A stretch of 40,893 nt of DNA from an uncultured Gammaproteobacteria bacterium (GTDB lineage: Bacteria; Patescibacteriota; Patescibacteriia; 2-12-FULL-60-25): positions 1 through 40,893 of the forward strand of contig CAZENZ010000001.1 of the NCBI GenBank assembly GCA_964513705.1, in the 5' to 3' direction. The notes under the pieces are model-generated. The model saw only the letters and a program-made list of their open reading frames with translations. It had not been told where the DNA came from and did no database searches. Below are positions 23,878-32,428 of the stretch, one piece after another (the first letter of the stretch is position 1; every line of letters begins with the position of its first letter). A program made the position numbers and the translations under genes.

Positions 23878-25308
23878 ATGTTTCAAAAAAACACCAAGAT
23901 TGTTTGTACGATTGGTCCATCCTGTCACACACTTGAAAAGTTGATTGAGTTGGTCGAAGCGGGGATGGATGTTTGTCGTCTCAACTTTTCACATGGGTCT
24001 CACGATGATCATGCCGAGCTGATCCGTTTAATTCGAAAAGCGTCAAAAGCAACGGGAAGACCTATTGCTATTTTGCAGGACCTGCAAGGCCCAAAGATCC
24101 GCGTCGGGGAGCTTCCTAAAGAAGGCGTCACCCTGAAAAAGGGAGAGGAGATTATTTTTACTACCGGGAAAGGTAAGCCGCCAGAAAAAATTCCGGTGAC
24201 CTATCCAATGCTGCACAAGGACGTGAAGACGGGGCAGCAACTGTTGCTGGACGATGGATTGTTAGCGGTCGAAGTTTTGAAAGTGAAGGGTCAAGACGTG
24301 ATCTGTCGTGTCTTGCAGGGTGGTTCATTGACTTCGCATAAAGGGTTGAACTTGCCAGAGACAAAGACCTCTATTTCCGCCATCAGCGAGAAAGATCGTG
24401 ATGATCTGCGTTTTGGAGTTGAACAGGGGGTTGATTGGGTGGCTCTCTCATTCGTTCGTTCAGCAGAGGACCTAAAAGAGCTGCGACGTTTAATTCAGCG
24501 CTACGAACGCGAGACGGGGGTTGTAGTCGACGCGCCACTCAAGATCATTGCCAAGGTAGAAAAGCCAGAAGCGATCGAGGTGCTGGATGAAATCGTGGCT
24601 GAAACAGATGCGATTATGGTGGCACGTGGGGATTTGGGGATTGAGATCGCTGCTTCAAAAGTACCACTTATTCAAAAGCGCTTGATCCAGGCCTGTTTGG
24701 AGGTGGGAAAGCCTGTGATTGTTGCAACGCAGATGTTGGATTCGATGATCCGTAACCCTCGTGCTACGCGTGCAGAGGTATCGGATATTGCAAACGCTGT
24801 ATTGGATGCAACGGATGCTACGATGTTGTCAGGGGAGACGGCGACCGGAGCGTTTCCAGTGGAAGCCGTGAAGACCATGGCATCGACCATTCAAGAAGTT
24901 GAACAGGCTATCAAAGGAACTGAGGACGCTCATCTGCATGTGACGGCTTCGACCCAAGAAGCAATGACGAACATCTCTGTGCTTCTGGCGCGTTCGCGTA
25001 ATGCTAAAGCGATTTTGGTATCGAGTTTATCCGGAAAAGCGGCGCGTCTTGTGTCGCGTGAGCGTCCAAGTGTGCCGATTTTTGTCGCATCTGCGAGTGA
25101 ACGTGTGGTGCGTCAGCTGACGTTGTCGCGTGGGGTGATTCCGTTACATATTCCCTCGTGCCGGAAGATGCGTGATCTGATTGATCGATCGTTTGCGCTC
25201 ATTCTTAAGCAGGGGATCGTGAAATCCGGTGACGAAATCGTCATCGTTGCGGGGGAGCCTCTTGGAGAATCAGGCAACGTGAATCTCGTAGAAGTTCGGA
25301 AGATCTAG
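23878..25308 (+). CDS. pyk: Pyruvate kinase
   Basis: Motifs: KIVCTIGPS, RLNFSHGS, MVARGDLGIEI and ATQMLDSM. The 476-aa length is full size. Confidence 0.95.
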   Translation: MFQKNTKIVCTIGPSCHTLEKLIELVEAGMDVCRLNFSHGSHDDHAELIRLIRKASKATGRPIAILQDLQGPKIRVGELPKEGVTLKKGEEIIFTTGKGKPPEKIPVTYPMLHKDVKTGQQLLLDDGLLAVEVLKVKGQDVICRVLQGGSLTSHKGLNLPETKTSISAISEKDRDDLRFGVEQGVDWVALSFVRSAEDLKELRRLIQRYERETGVVVDAPLKIIAKVEKPEAIEVLDEIVAETDAIMVARGDLGIEIAASKVPLIQKRLIQACLEVGKPVIVATQMLDSMIRNPRATRAEVSDIANAVLDATDATMLSGETATGAFPVEAVKTMASTIQEVEQAIKGTEDAHLHVTASTQEAMTNISVLLARSRNAKAILVSSLSGKAARLVSRERPSVPIFVASASERVVRQLTLSRGVIPLHIPSCRKMRDLIDRSFALILKQGIVKSGDEIVIVAGEPLGESGNVNLVEVRKI

Positions 25309-25335
25309 CTCACGAACAGTATACCTAAGAAATAC

Positions 25336-25361
25336 ATAAGCGCCCTTTGCAGGGCGCTTAT
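25336..25361. terminator. Bidirectional intrinsic terminator between the convergent pyk and 25380-26195(-) genes
   Basis: The perfect stem aagcgccct (25338-25346) / agggcgctt (25351-25359) has loop ttgc and is extendable by two A:T pairs. T-rich sequence follows on both strands (attact on plus, tatttctt on minus). Confidence 0.6.
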
Positions 25362-25379
25362 TACTAGTCTAATCCCGAT

Positions 25380-26195
25380 CTAGAAAGGCAGGCGGCGGGT
25401 TTTTGTGGCTCCTGTATTTGTTAGGTACTTCACTTCGATCAGGCGGTCATTCACCCAACGAGCGCTCTTCCAGGTTTGTATAACGCTTTCTTCGCCTGCT
25501 GCGTTATATGGTCGTGTCAGGCTGGGTTCGAATTCGTTTGAGAAGGCCGCTTTTATTTTGCTCAGCATCACAGCTTGTTTGCTTGTGAGCGTAATTCCCA
25601 TAATGGCTGAATTTGCCTCGCAACCAGCTCCGCCGCAGCTATTCGGAACAAAGAAGGCACGTGTTCCGGCCTTATTCCAATACAGTTTGCGACCACTTGG
25701 ATTCACGATGGTTGAGAACTGACGTGTATCCAAGTTGAAGACCATTGTCTGAGCGGATTGAGCGCCGCCAACGCCATCGTAGAGGTTGTTCCAGGTATTA
25801 TTCTGAATCACTAAAAAGTGCTTAAGCGTTCCGTTCACGACACGTGGGGTGTACCACAGGATGCCATAATCCTGGGGCCAAGAGCCTTGCTCATCTAGCG
25901 AAGGCATTTGAGCTGGTAGGCGTGTGTCTACCACTTGTGTAGAGGTTTTTCCATTCCATGTTACTTGCAGTGTCGACTGGCCATCACACACCTGTTTTGG
26001 TGCTACACCTTCTTCGATGATGCGTGTATCACGAAGGCTGCCATTGCAACTTACGGCGAACGTTCCATCCTTGCCTTTGTGTGTGAAGTTGAAGCTGACG
26101 TATGGGCTGGGTGTTTCAGCGGCAAATACAGGCGGTACGGCGAGTGGACTCATTACGAACAAGGTGCTCGCAACAAGAGCGAAGAGGGTCTTCAT
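25380..26195 (-). CDS. Secreted hypothetical protein (271 aa)
   Basis: The start is moved to the internal ATG at 26195, giving a clean signal peptide MKTLFALVASTLFVMSPLAVPPVFA|AE. The track's upstream extension overlaps the LysE gene. I recognise no domain. Confidence 0.65.
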   Translation of the reverse strand: MKTLFALVASTLFVMSPLAVPPVFAAETPSPYVSFNFTHKGKDGTFAVSCNGSLRDTRIIEEGVAPKQVCDGQSTLQVTWNGKTSTQVVDTRLPAQMPSLDEQGSWPQDYGILWYTPRVVNGTLKHFLVIQNNTWNNLYDGVGGAQSAQTMVFNLDTRQFSTIVNPSGRKLYWNKAGTRAFFVPNSCGGAGCEANSAIMGITLTSKQAVMLSKIKAAFSNEFEPSLTRPYNAAGEESVIQTWKSARWVNDRLIEVKYLTNTGATKTRRLPF

Positions 26196-26212
26196 ATGTC
26201 CCCAGTATAGCT

Positions 26213-26851
26213 TTAAATCAGCCACCAGACGAATGTTTGAACCACTCGGAAGAAGCCAAACGCAGCAAAGGCCAGAATTACGCTGCCTGAAACGAGGTTC
26301 ACGCCGCGCAAAAAGCCTGGGGTGATGTAGGCGCGGATTTTTCCAACCATCCCACATAAAAAGGCCCACCAAGTAGCTGATCCAAGAAACACGCCAAGTA
26401 CCATAATGTGGCCAGAGGTGGGCGAATGTTCAAGATTTTTCAAACCAAACTCTGTGAAAATAACCCCAAAGGTTAAAATGGTGATTGGGTTGGCTAACGT
26501 TAGTAAAAACGTTGAAAAGAAGTCACCGACCAAGTCTTCGAGTTTTGAAGGAACTTCTTGGAGGGATGTGCTTGCTTTGAGTGTGCGGATCCCAAGGTAG
26601 AGAAGGAAGAGGCTTCCAATGAGTCGAAGCCAGAAACGATGTTCGACGAGTCCATTGGAGACGAGTGTGACACCAAAGGCGGCGATGAACCCGTAAATAC
26701 TATCGGCCAGAGCTGCGCCTAGTCCAGACACGATGCCAGACAAGCGACCTTGGTGGAGTGTGCGACGAATGCAAAGAGCCCCGATGGGGCCAAGGGGTGC
26801 GGCGATGGCAATTCCGATAATCAGTCCTTTGAGGAATACCGGCACGTGCAT
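26213..26851 (-). CDS. LysE/RhtB-family amino-acid exporter
   Basis: A 212-aa protein with about six TM helices. The N-terminus FLKGLIIGIAIAAPLGPIGALCIRRTL...GLGAALADSIY is the LysE-type signature (PF01810). Confidence 0.85.
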   Translation of the reverse strand: MHVPVFLKGLIIGIAIAAPLGPIGALCIRRTLHQGRLSGIVSGLGAALADSIYGFIAAFGVTLVSNGLVEHRFWLRLIGSLFLLYLGIRTLKASTSLQEVPSKLEDLVGDFFSTFLLTLANPITILTFGVIFTEFGLKNLEHSPTSGHIMVLGVFLGSATWWAFLCGMVGKIRAYITPGFLRGVNLVSGSVILAFAAFGFFRVVQTFVWWLI

Positions 26852-27113
26852 GGGGGCATCATAGCCTATTCGTGTGGAGAGCAGAATATGCTATCGCTTC
26901 GCTTGTTTCCATATCCGTCGTTTAAAACGAGCAGAGCAAGAAGACTATTTTGATCATGAGACGAACTTCAATCCGTTCGCGTTGAAGGCGTGATGATCGC
27001 CGTTGGGATAACTGGCTTTTTGACGAATATTCGAAAATAATATTAGATTATCCTGCTCGATGGCCTTCTATGCACAGAGATGGCTCTACGTATGAGCCAA
27101 AGGAGTATTCGCC

Positions 27114-27641
27114 ATGGACTGGACATTTGATAGGACGAGTCCGCGCTTCGGCATCCCGACCGCGCACCGACTCGACATGCACGTCTTCGGGATCCCGAAT
27201 GAAGAGGATCTTACCGCCTACGTCCGTGGAGCGGATCACCAGACGGTCATCCAGCGTGATCAAGCGGTCACTGCAGGAAGGGCGCTCGTCTCGCTCGACG
27301 ACCTGCAGCAGATTGTGCTCTACGAGACGCAGATGAAGCTCGAGCGCCAAGAGGGCGACCGTGTCTACGGACTTAGCCAACAGGAGCTTGGTTCGTTGCA
27401 GCGTGATGGTCGGCTTGCTGCCTGTCTGACCGCACCGAGGACCAGGCAGTACGTCATGCGCATGGACTGGTGTGCACTCGAGCGTCTCCTGACGCGTTTC
27501 ATCGGTCCGAACTTCGGGTGCCTGGGCGATTCAGGGGTGGTGGCGCCTGGCGACACTCATCGTTGGCACTTCTATCCCTTCCATCCCGGGAATCGGCTCG
27601 TCATGCTCGTGAAGAGCGGCGGTCTGATCTACCCGGAGTGA
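27114..27641 (+). CDS. Hypothetical cytoplasmic protein (175 aa) in GC-rich islet 1
   Basis: AAGGAG at 27100-27105 lies 8 nt before the ATG. The frame has G/C-biased third positions. I recognise no motif. The antisense and alternative-frame ORFs here are shorter and lack an SD. Confidence 0.6.
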   Translation: MDWTFDRTSPRFGIPTAHRLDMHVFGIPNEEDLTAYVRGADHQTVIQRDQAVTAGRALVSLDDLQQIVLYETQMKLERQEGDRVYGLSQQELGSLQRDGRLAACLTAPRTRQYVMRMDWCALERLLTRFIGPNFGCLGDSGVVAPGDTHRWHFYPFHPGNRLVMLVKSGGLIYPE

Positions 27642-27718
27642 GTTTGCTTGGCCCCATGGCCGCGACGACGTGTACCTCATGTCTGCGCCATGGGGTCGCG
27701 TCGTATCTGGATGATTTT

Positions 27719-28477
27719 CTAACGTCCTTTCCAATGTACGACTTTTTCTTCCAGCTTTTGTACGAATTTATTTACGCAGAAGCCAAAGACACCCAGTGTG
27801 AAAATCGCGGCAAACATATCGTCTGTTTTATACACTTGCTGCGCATTTAAGATGCGAAGGCCAAGTCCGGAGCGAGAGCCGATAAACATTTCCGTCACCA
27901 CGATAATCACGAGCGAAATGGAAAGCGCGACGCGATAGCCGGAAACGATTTGAGGCAAGGCATCAAAGAATACGACTTCTTTGAGCTTTTGTAAGGAAGT
28001 CATCTTCAAGTTATCCGCAACAATAAGACGATTTTTTTTAATGTTATGTACGCCGTACATGGTGTTTACGATGATGATAAGCGAGGCGCCCCAAGTGGCG
28101 ACAGCGATCTTGGAAGGGTCATCTATTCCAAAGAACAAGATAAACAGAGGAAAGAGCGCCGTGGTCGGAATTGATCGGAAAAACTCGACCAAGAATTCGA
28201 GTGAGCGATAAATTTTGTGTGACGTACCCATTAATATACCGATCGGTGTGCCAATCACGACCGCCAAAAAGAAGGCGGCCAAGAAGCGCCAGACGGTCGC
28301 GCCAAGGTCGCGGAGGAGGGAATAATTCTTTATTCCTACCACAATAGCGTCAACCACTTCGCCAGGCGTTGGAAAGAAAATGGGACTGACGATCTTTCCA
28401 TACGTCGCAATCGCCCAAATGATAATCAAGATAACGCTTGCACCAATCGCCTGAAGAAATGAGGTGACTTTATTCAT
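27719..28477 (-). CDS. ABC transporter permease, NitT/TauT (SsuC/TauC-like) family
   Basis: About six TM helices. The BPD-transport core LRDLGATVWRFLAAFFLAVVIGTPIGILMG...LFPLFILFFG is present. It overlaps the upstream ATPase gene by 8 nt. Confidence 0.85.
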   Translation of the reverse strand: MNKVTSFLQAIGASVILIIIWAIATYGKIVSPIFFPTPGEVVDAIVVGIKNYSLLRDLGATVWRFLAAFFLAVVIGTPIGILMGTSHKIYRSLEFLVEFFRSIPTTALFPLFILFFGIDDPSKIAVATWGASLIIIVNTMYGVHNIKKNRLIVADNLKMTSLQKLKEVVFFDALPQIVSGYRVALSISLVIIVVTEMFIGSRSGLGLRILNAQQVYKTDDMFAAIFTLGVFGFCVNKFVQKLEEKVVHWKGR

Positions 28478-29255
28478 ACGAAAAATGCTTTAAGACCTCG
28501 TTACGAACCTCGAAAAACTCCTGACTTGTGAAGGTTTCTAGGGTGCGTGGTCTTGGAAGTCGTACATCAATAATTGCCTTGATTCGTCCAGGTGAGCGGC
28601 TGAGGACGATGACCTTGTCGGCCAAGAACACGGCCTCATCGACGTCATGGCTTACGCAGAGCGCCGGAATATTTGAGTGCATCCAGAGGTCCTGCACCTC
28701 GAGTTCCACCTTTTTGGTGGTTTGATAGTCAAGGGCACTGCAGGGTTCATCTAAAATCAAGAAATCCGGATCTCTCACGAATGAGCGACAAATTGAAACG
28801 AGTTGGCGCTGTCCGCCGGACAATGTGTAGATACGTTCTTTAGCTTTATGGTCGAGGCCTACGCGTTTGAGGAGCTTAAGCGCTTTGGCTCGTGCCGTAT
28901 CCGCATCGATTCCTTGCACCACAAGTGGGAGTGCTACGTTGTCGATCGCGCTACGCCAGGGGAAAAGTGCATCATTGTAGTTTTGAAACACGAAACCAAT
29001 CGTCGATTCTTTTGGATTCTTGCCACGTACACTGACTGAGCCGATGAAATCGGTATCGAGTCCGGCCAGAATGTTCAAAAGCGTTGTTTTGCCACAACCA
29101 TTTGTCCCGAAAATGGTCACGAATTCTCCTTGAGCGACGCTAAACCGAACATCAGATAGGGCGGTAAAGGTACCACCCTCAGCTGTGGGGAAAAATTTTG
29201 TAATGTTGACGCTAATCATGTGGATGCGGTTATCTAGAGCGTGACGCTCATGCAC
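28470..29255 (-). CDS. ABC transporter ATP-binding protein (SsuB/TauB-like)
   Basis: Walker A is GTNGCGKTTLLNILAG, the signature motif is LSGGQRQ and Walker B is FLILDEP. An H-loop (CVSHD) is also present. An alternative start is ATG 29219 (MISVNITKF). Confidence 0.9.
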   Translation of the reverse strand: MHERHALDNRIHMISVNITKFFPTAEGGTFTALSDVRFSVAQGEFVTIFGTNGCGKTTLLNILAGLDTDFIGSVSVRGKNPKESTIGFVFQNYNDALFPWRSAIDNVALPLVVQGIDADTARAKALKLLKRVGLDHKAKERIYTLSGGQRQLVSICRSFVRDPDFLILDEPCSALDYQTTKKVELEVQDLWMHSNIPALCVSHDVDEAVFLADKVIVLSRSPGRIKAIIDVRLPRPRTLETFTSQEFFEVRNEVLKHFSYE

Positions 29256-29310
29256 TGTGCGTTGATTTTAGCAGGAATTTCTTTTAATTGCTCGAGTTAG
29301 TCCATCAGCT

Positions 29311-29375
29311 GTTTGAAAACGAAGAGCGCACCGTCGAAGGAGTCGGGCGCGAGCACTCGCCTTGCGGCGGTGCGC
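29311..29375 (-). terminator. Candidate structured 3' end / terminator of the GC-rich lipoprotein gene
   Basis: On the minus strand, gcgcaccg (29375-29368) pairs with cggtgcgc (29333-29326) and is followed by tcttcgttttc. A second small hairpin, ctcgcg-gtg-cgcgag, lies at 29384-29398. Confidence 0.3.
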
Positions 29376-29410
29376 CCTTCTCCCTCGCGGTGCGCGAGAG
29401 TCGTTGTTTC

Positions 29411-29827
29411 TCACTCGCTTCCGAGTGGGTAGATGTTCGCCTCGGATGTGCCGGCGATCTGGCAGGTCATGGCGACGTCGCGGTCCCAGGCGAGGCCGAT
29501 CGCGTCGCGCTGCCTGCGCCAGACGTCCCACTGCGCGAGCTCGTTGGAGATCTCGTTCGCGTGCGCGCAGGCGTTGCGGCAGGCGTCCACACCCAGCTCG
29601 CAGGCCAGGCGGATCTGGGCCTGCAGGCCGTCCAGGGCGAGCGTGGCGTTGACCGTGTCTCCCTGGAGCCGCAGCCGCTGACTCCGCGAGATCTGGGCGG
29701 TGATGCCGCGGTCGATCGAGGGGCCGATGTTGCCGGCGCAGCCGGTCGCGGCGAGCGCGAAGGCGACGACGAGCAGGGCGCGGAGGGCGAGCGAGCGGAC
29801 GGTGTTGCGGAAGGTGCGCGTGTTCAT
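29411..29827 (-). CDS. Small putative lipoprotein (138 aa) in GC-rich islet 2
   Basis: ATG at 29827 with GGAG 9 nt upstream. The signal peptide and lipobox-like site are MNTRTFRNTVRSLALRALLVVAFALAATG|C. The mature part has further Cys residues (LACELGVDACRNACAH...MTC). Third codon positions are very G/C-rich. Confidence 0.6.
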   Translation of the reverse strand: MNTRTFRNTVRSLALRALLVVAFALAATGCAGNIGPSIDRGITAQISRSQRLRLQGDTVNATLALDGLQAQIRLACELGVDACRNACAHANEISNELAQWDVWRRQRDAIGLAWDRDVAMTCQIAGTSEANIYPLGSE

Positions 29828-30109
29828 GGGGTTCGTCTCCAGGCTCACGGGAAATGGGTTGAGGTTGTCCGCGAGCTTCCAAGCGTTCTCTTCTATACGA
29901 AAAGAAGATGTGGAAGCACACGTGTTTACAATCTTTTATTATAAAAGTCGGTTCCTACGACCAGACACGATCTCTGACTGTTAACTGGTATTAAATTATC
30001 ACATTTTCGACATTTTGTCAACCCTCTTTGACCAGCTCTTTTTTACGTTTTTCTGCCATATCTCGTTGCCACAGATCACGTTGTGTGCGGTACACGACGA
30101 CACATAATC

Positions 30110-30568
30110 CTAGGAAACAAAAAACCGAGAACGTAGGGCAGCGCTGGGGCGATGTAGGTTTTTTCCAAAGACGAGGATCAAAATGTTCAAGATGATAAAA
30201 AGAGGCCGAATTTCACTCGGCCCGAAACCTAACTGGACCAATCTGAATTCCTGTGTGGTTCCAAAAACGACAAATGTAGTCACCATGATGCCTCCGCACA
30301 GTGCGAGGACTAAGAACTCGAGGACTGGGTAACGATACGTTATAAGAAGCGAGTACCCAATCAAGATGGCGCACAAGAAAAAAACCAACAAGTGATCCAT
30401 GTAATACCCCCCCCATTTCACAAGACCTTCTTTGCGATAACGTCCGAGCGCACCATCTAGTGAATCGGTTAACCACTGAATCAAAATGAAGACATTCACC
30501 ACGTACTGCCAGTTCGTTTCGAAACGTACAAGATAGCTGAACAATATGATGCCAAAACTCGCGGGCAA
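30110..30568 (-). CDS. CDP-alcohol phosphatidyltransferase-family membrane protein, unusually short (152 aa)
   Basis: DSLDGALGRYRKEG...GGYYMDHLLV approximates the D-x2-D-G-x2-A-R...G-x3-D-x3-D motif (PF01066). Only ~33 aa precede the motif, and the first conserved Arg context reads GR instead of AR. Confidence 0.55.
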   Translation of the reverse strand: MPASFGIILFSYLVRFETNWQYVVNVFILIQWLTDSLDGALGRYRKEGLVKWGGYYMDHLLVFFLCAILIGYSLLITYRYPVLEFLVLALCGGIMVTTFVVFGTTQEFRLVQLGFGPSEIRPLFIILNILILVFGKNLHRPSAALRSRFFVS

Positions 30569-30608
30569 GGATTGGCATAGCTATTTACATAGCATACACT
30601 AGTCCGAC

Positions 30609-32399
30609 ATGGCGTCTGTTCCTTCACATCGATCGTACCTGATTGGTCCGGTCTTGCGGGTCTTTTTTTCGCACATCAAGCGCTATCGTTTTGTCACGAT
30701 TGCGCTCACGATCATGCGCATCGCGTATGAGGCGATTCATTTGGTGGCCTTGCCTTATGTCGCCAAGCGCTTGTTTGATGTCTTGGCTGTACCACCGACC
30801 GGCTCATCCGGGATCGACGGGCCCATTTCGGTGGTGTTTTTCTTGGCGGGTACAAGTGTTGCGGCCTGGGTGGTGCTGTTTTTTCTATTTCGTGGCTACG
30901 CGTATCTTGTGCCGCGCATGATGGCAGATCTCGAGCAGGCCAGCTATCGCTACATGCTTGGCCACTCGTATCAGTTTTTTCAGAACAATTTTAGCGGCTC
31001 GCTTGTGCGTCGGATCACACGTATCTCAAAAGCGTTTGAAGAGCTCTACGATGCCTTTGATCAGAGGTTATTGCCAATCGCTGTCTCGTTTACGGGGATC
31101 TTAATCGTCTTGTTTCATCGAAGCACGCAGATCGGTTTGATTGTCTTGGCTTGGATTACGATCATGATGGCCTATAATTACTTCTACGCACGTTGGAAAG
31201 TGGGTCATGACGTCAAGCGTGCCGAACAAGACTCGCGTTGTACGGGATTCTTGTCTGACACTATTTCAAACGAACTCACCATCAAATTGTTTGCCGCGAA
31301 TAAGCGTGAAGTGGAGGGGTACGAACATGAGTCGAATACACTGAGAAACATGCGATTGCATATATTCAAGTCGCATCTGACGAATCATTCAGTACAGGCA
31401 ATGATTTTGATCGTGATTCAGGTTTTTGTATTGTGGCTGGGTATTCGTGCCTGGAGCGAAGGGCGTCTCACGGCTGGTGACATTATATTATTCCAGAGTT
31501 ACTTTGCGATTTTGAGTGGCAAACTGTTAGATTTTTCACGTCTCATCCGCACCTGCTTTAATTCGTTCGCAGATGCAACGGAAATGGTGGAGATCTTGGA
31601 TCAACCGCACCAAATTCAAGATGCACGTGGGGCAAAAGTCTTACGCGTAAGCAAGGGTCGTGTACAGTTTGACCGGGTTGATTTCTCGTATGGCACTGCC
31701 AACGTTCTGAATAATTTTGAGCTCGACATTCAGCCGGGGGAGAAGATCGCTCTCGTTGGAACATCTGGAGCGGGGAAATCGACGATCGTGAAGCTTTTGT
31801 ACCGATTCTACGATGTCACGAAGGGTGCGATTCTGATTGATGGCCAAGATGTACGAAAGGTTACACAAGACTCGCTCCGTTCAAACATTGCGCTCGTGCC
31901 GCAAGAACCGGTTCTCTTTCATCGCTCACTTCTCGATAACATCCGATATGGTCGGCCAAACGCTTCACTGAAAGAGGTGATTAAAGCTGCGAAGCTCGCT
32001 CATTGCCACGCCTTCATTGATCGTTTGCCTGAGAAATATGACACGCATGTTGGGGAGCGTGGCGTGAAGCTGTCAGGCGGAGAGCGTCAGCGTGTCGCGA
32101 TTGCGCGCGCCATCCTCAAAGACGCACCAATTTTGCTGTTGGACGAGGCGACTTCGAGCTTAGACTCCGAATCGGAAGGGTTGATCCAGGATGCCTTGCG
32201 TTCGCTGATGAAAGGCAAGACGACGATTGTGATCGCTCATCGCTTATCGACAATCATGTCGATGGATCGCATCATTATTATGGATAAGGGGCGAGTCGTG
32301 GATGCAGGAACGCACGAAGAGCTCGTAAAGCAGGAAGGGATTTATCAAAAACTCTGGAATATTCAGGTGGGTGGATTTTTTCAGGATGCAGAGGGCTAG
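30609..32399 (+). CDS. ABC exporter, fused TMD-NBD half transporter (MsbA/multidrug type)
   Basis: Six N-terminal TM helices. Walker A is GTSGAGKSTIVKLL, the signature motif is LSGGERQRVAIARA and Walker B is LLLDEATSSLD. An H-loop (IAHRLST) is also present. Confidence 0.9.
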   Translation: MASVPSHRSYLIGPVLRVFFSHIKRYRFVTIALTIMRIAYEAIHLVALPYVAKRLFDVLAVPPTGSSGIDGPISVVFFLAGTSVAAWVVLFFLFRGYAYLVPRMMADLEQASYRYMLGHSYQFFQNNFSGSLVRRITRISKAFEELYDAFDQRLLPIAVSFTGILIVLFHRSTQIGLIVLAWITIMMAYNYFYARWKVGHDVKRAEQDSRCTGFLSDTISNELTIKLFAANKREVEGYEHESNTLRNMRLHIFKSHLTNHSVQAMILIVIQVFVLWLGIRAWSEGRLTAGDIILFQSYFAILSGKLLDFSRLIRTCFNSFADATEMVEILDQPHQIQDARGAKVLRVSKGRVQFDRVDFSYGTANVLNNFELDIQPGEKIALVGTSGAGKSTIVKLLYRFYDVTKGAILIDGQDVRKVTQDSLRSNIALVPQEPVLFHRSLLDNIRYGRPNASLKEVIKAAKLAHCHAFIDRLPEKYDTHVGERGVKLSGGERQRVAIARAILKDAPILLLDEATSSLDSESEGLIQDALRSLMKGKTTIVIAHRLSTIMSMDRIIIMDKGRVVDAGTHEELVKQEGIYQKLWNIQVGGFFQDAEG

Positions 32400-32428
32400 C
32401 GTATTCGCTAGTATGTGGTGGTGAAACT

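Noticed and set aside
27048-27380. A 110-aa minus-strand ORF, plus the plus-strand alternative frames 27070-27336 and 27470-27850, in islet 1
   Set aside because: They are shorter than the 27114-27641 frame, lack an SD and are consistent with GC-driven open frames.
27652-27695. An inverted repeat, ccccatggc / gccatgggg, after the islet-1 gene as a possible terminator
   Set aside because: The stem is only 9 bp, the loop is 26 nt and no U-tract follows. The arms are built around the self-palindromic ccatgg. The evidence is too weak to call.
29268-29984. A stack of overlapping ORFs on both strands (29268-29921(-) 217 aa, 29288-29944(+) 218 aa, 29362-29652, 29433-29681 and 29700-29984)
   Set aside because: Stop codons are depleted in this very GC-rich stretch. 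The translations are Arg/Ala/Pro-rich nonsense. Only the 29411-29827(-) frame has an SD, a signal peptide and sensible composition.
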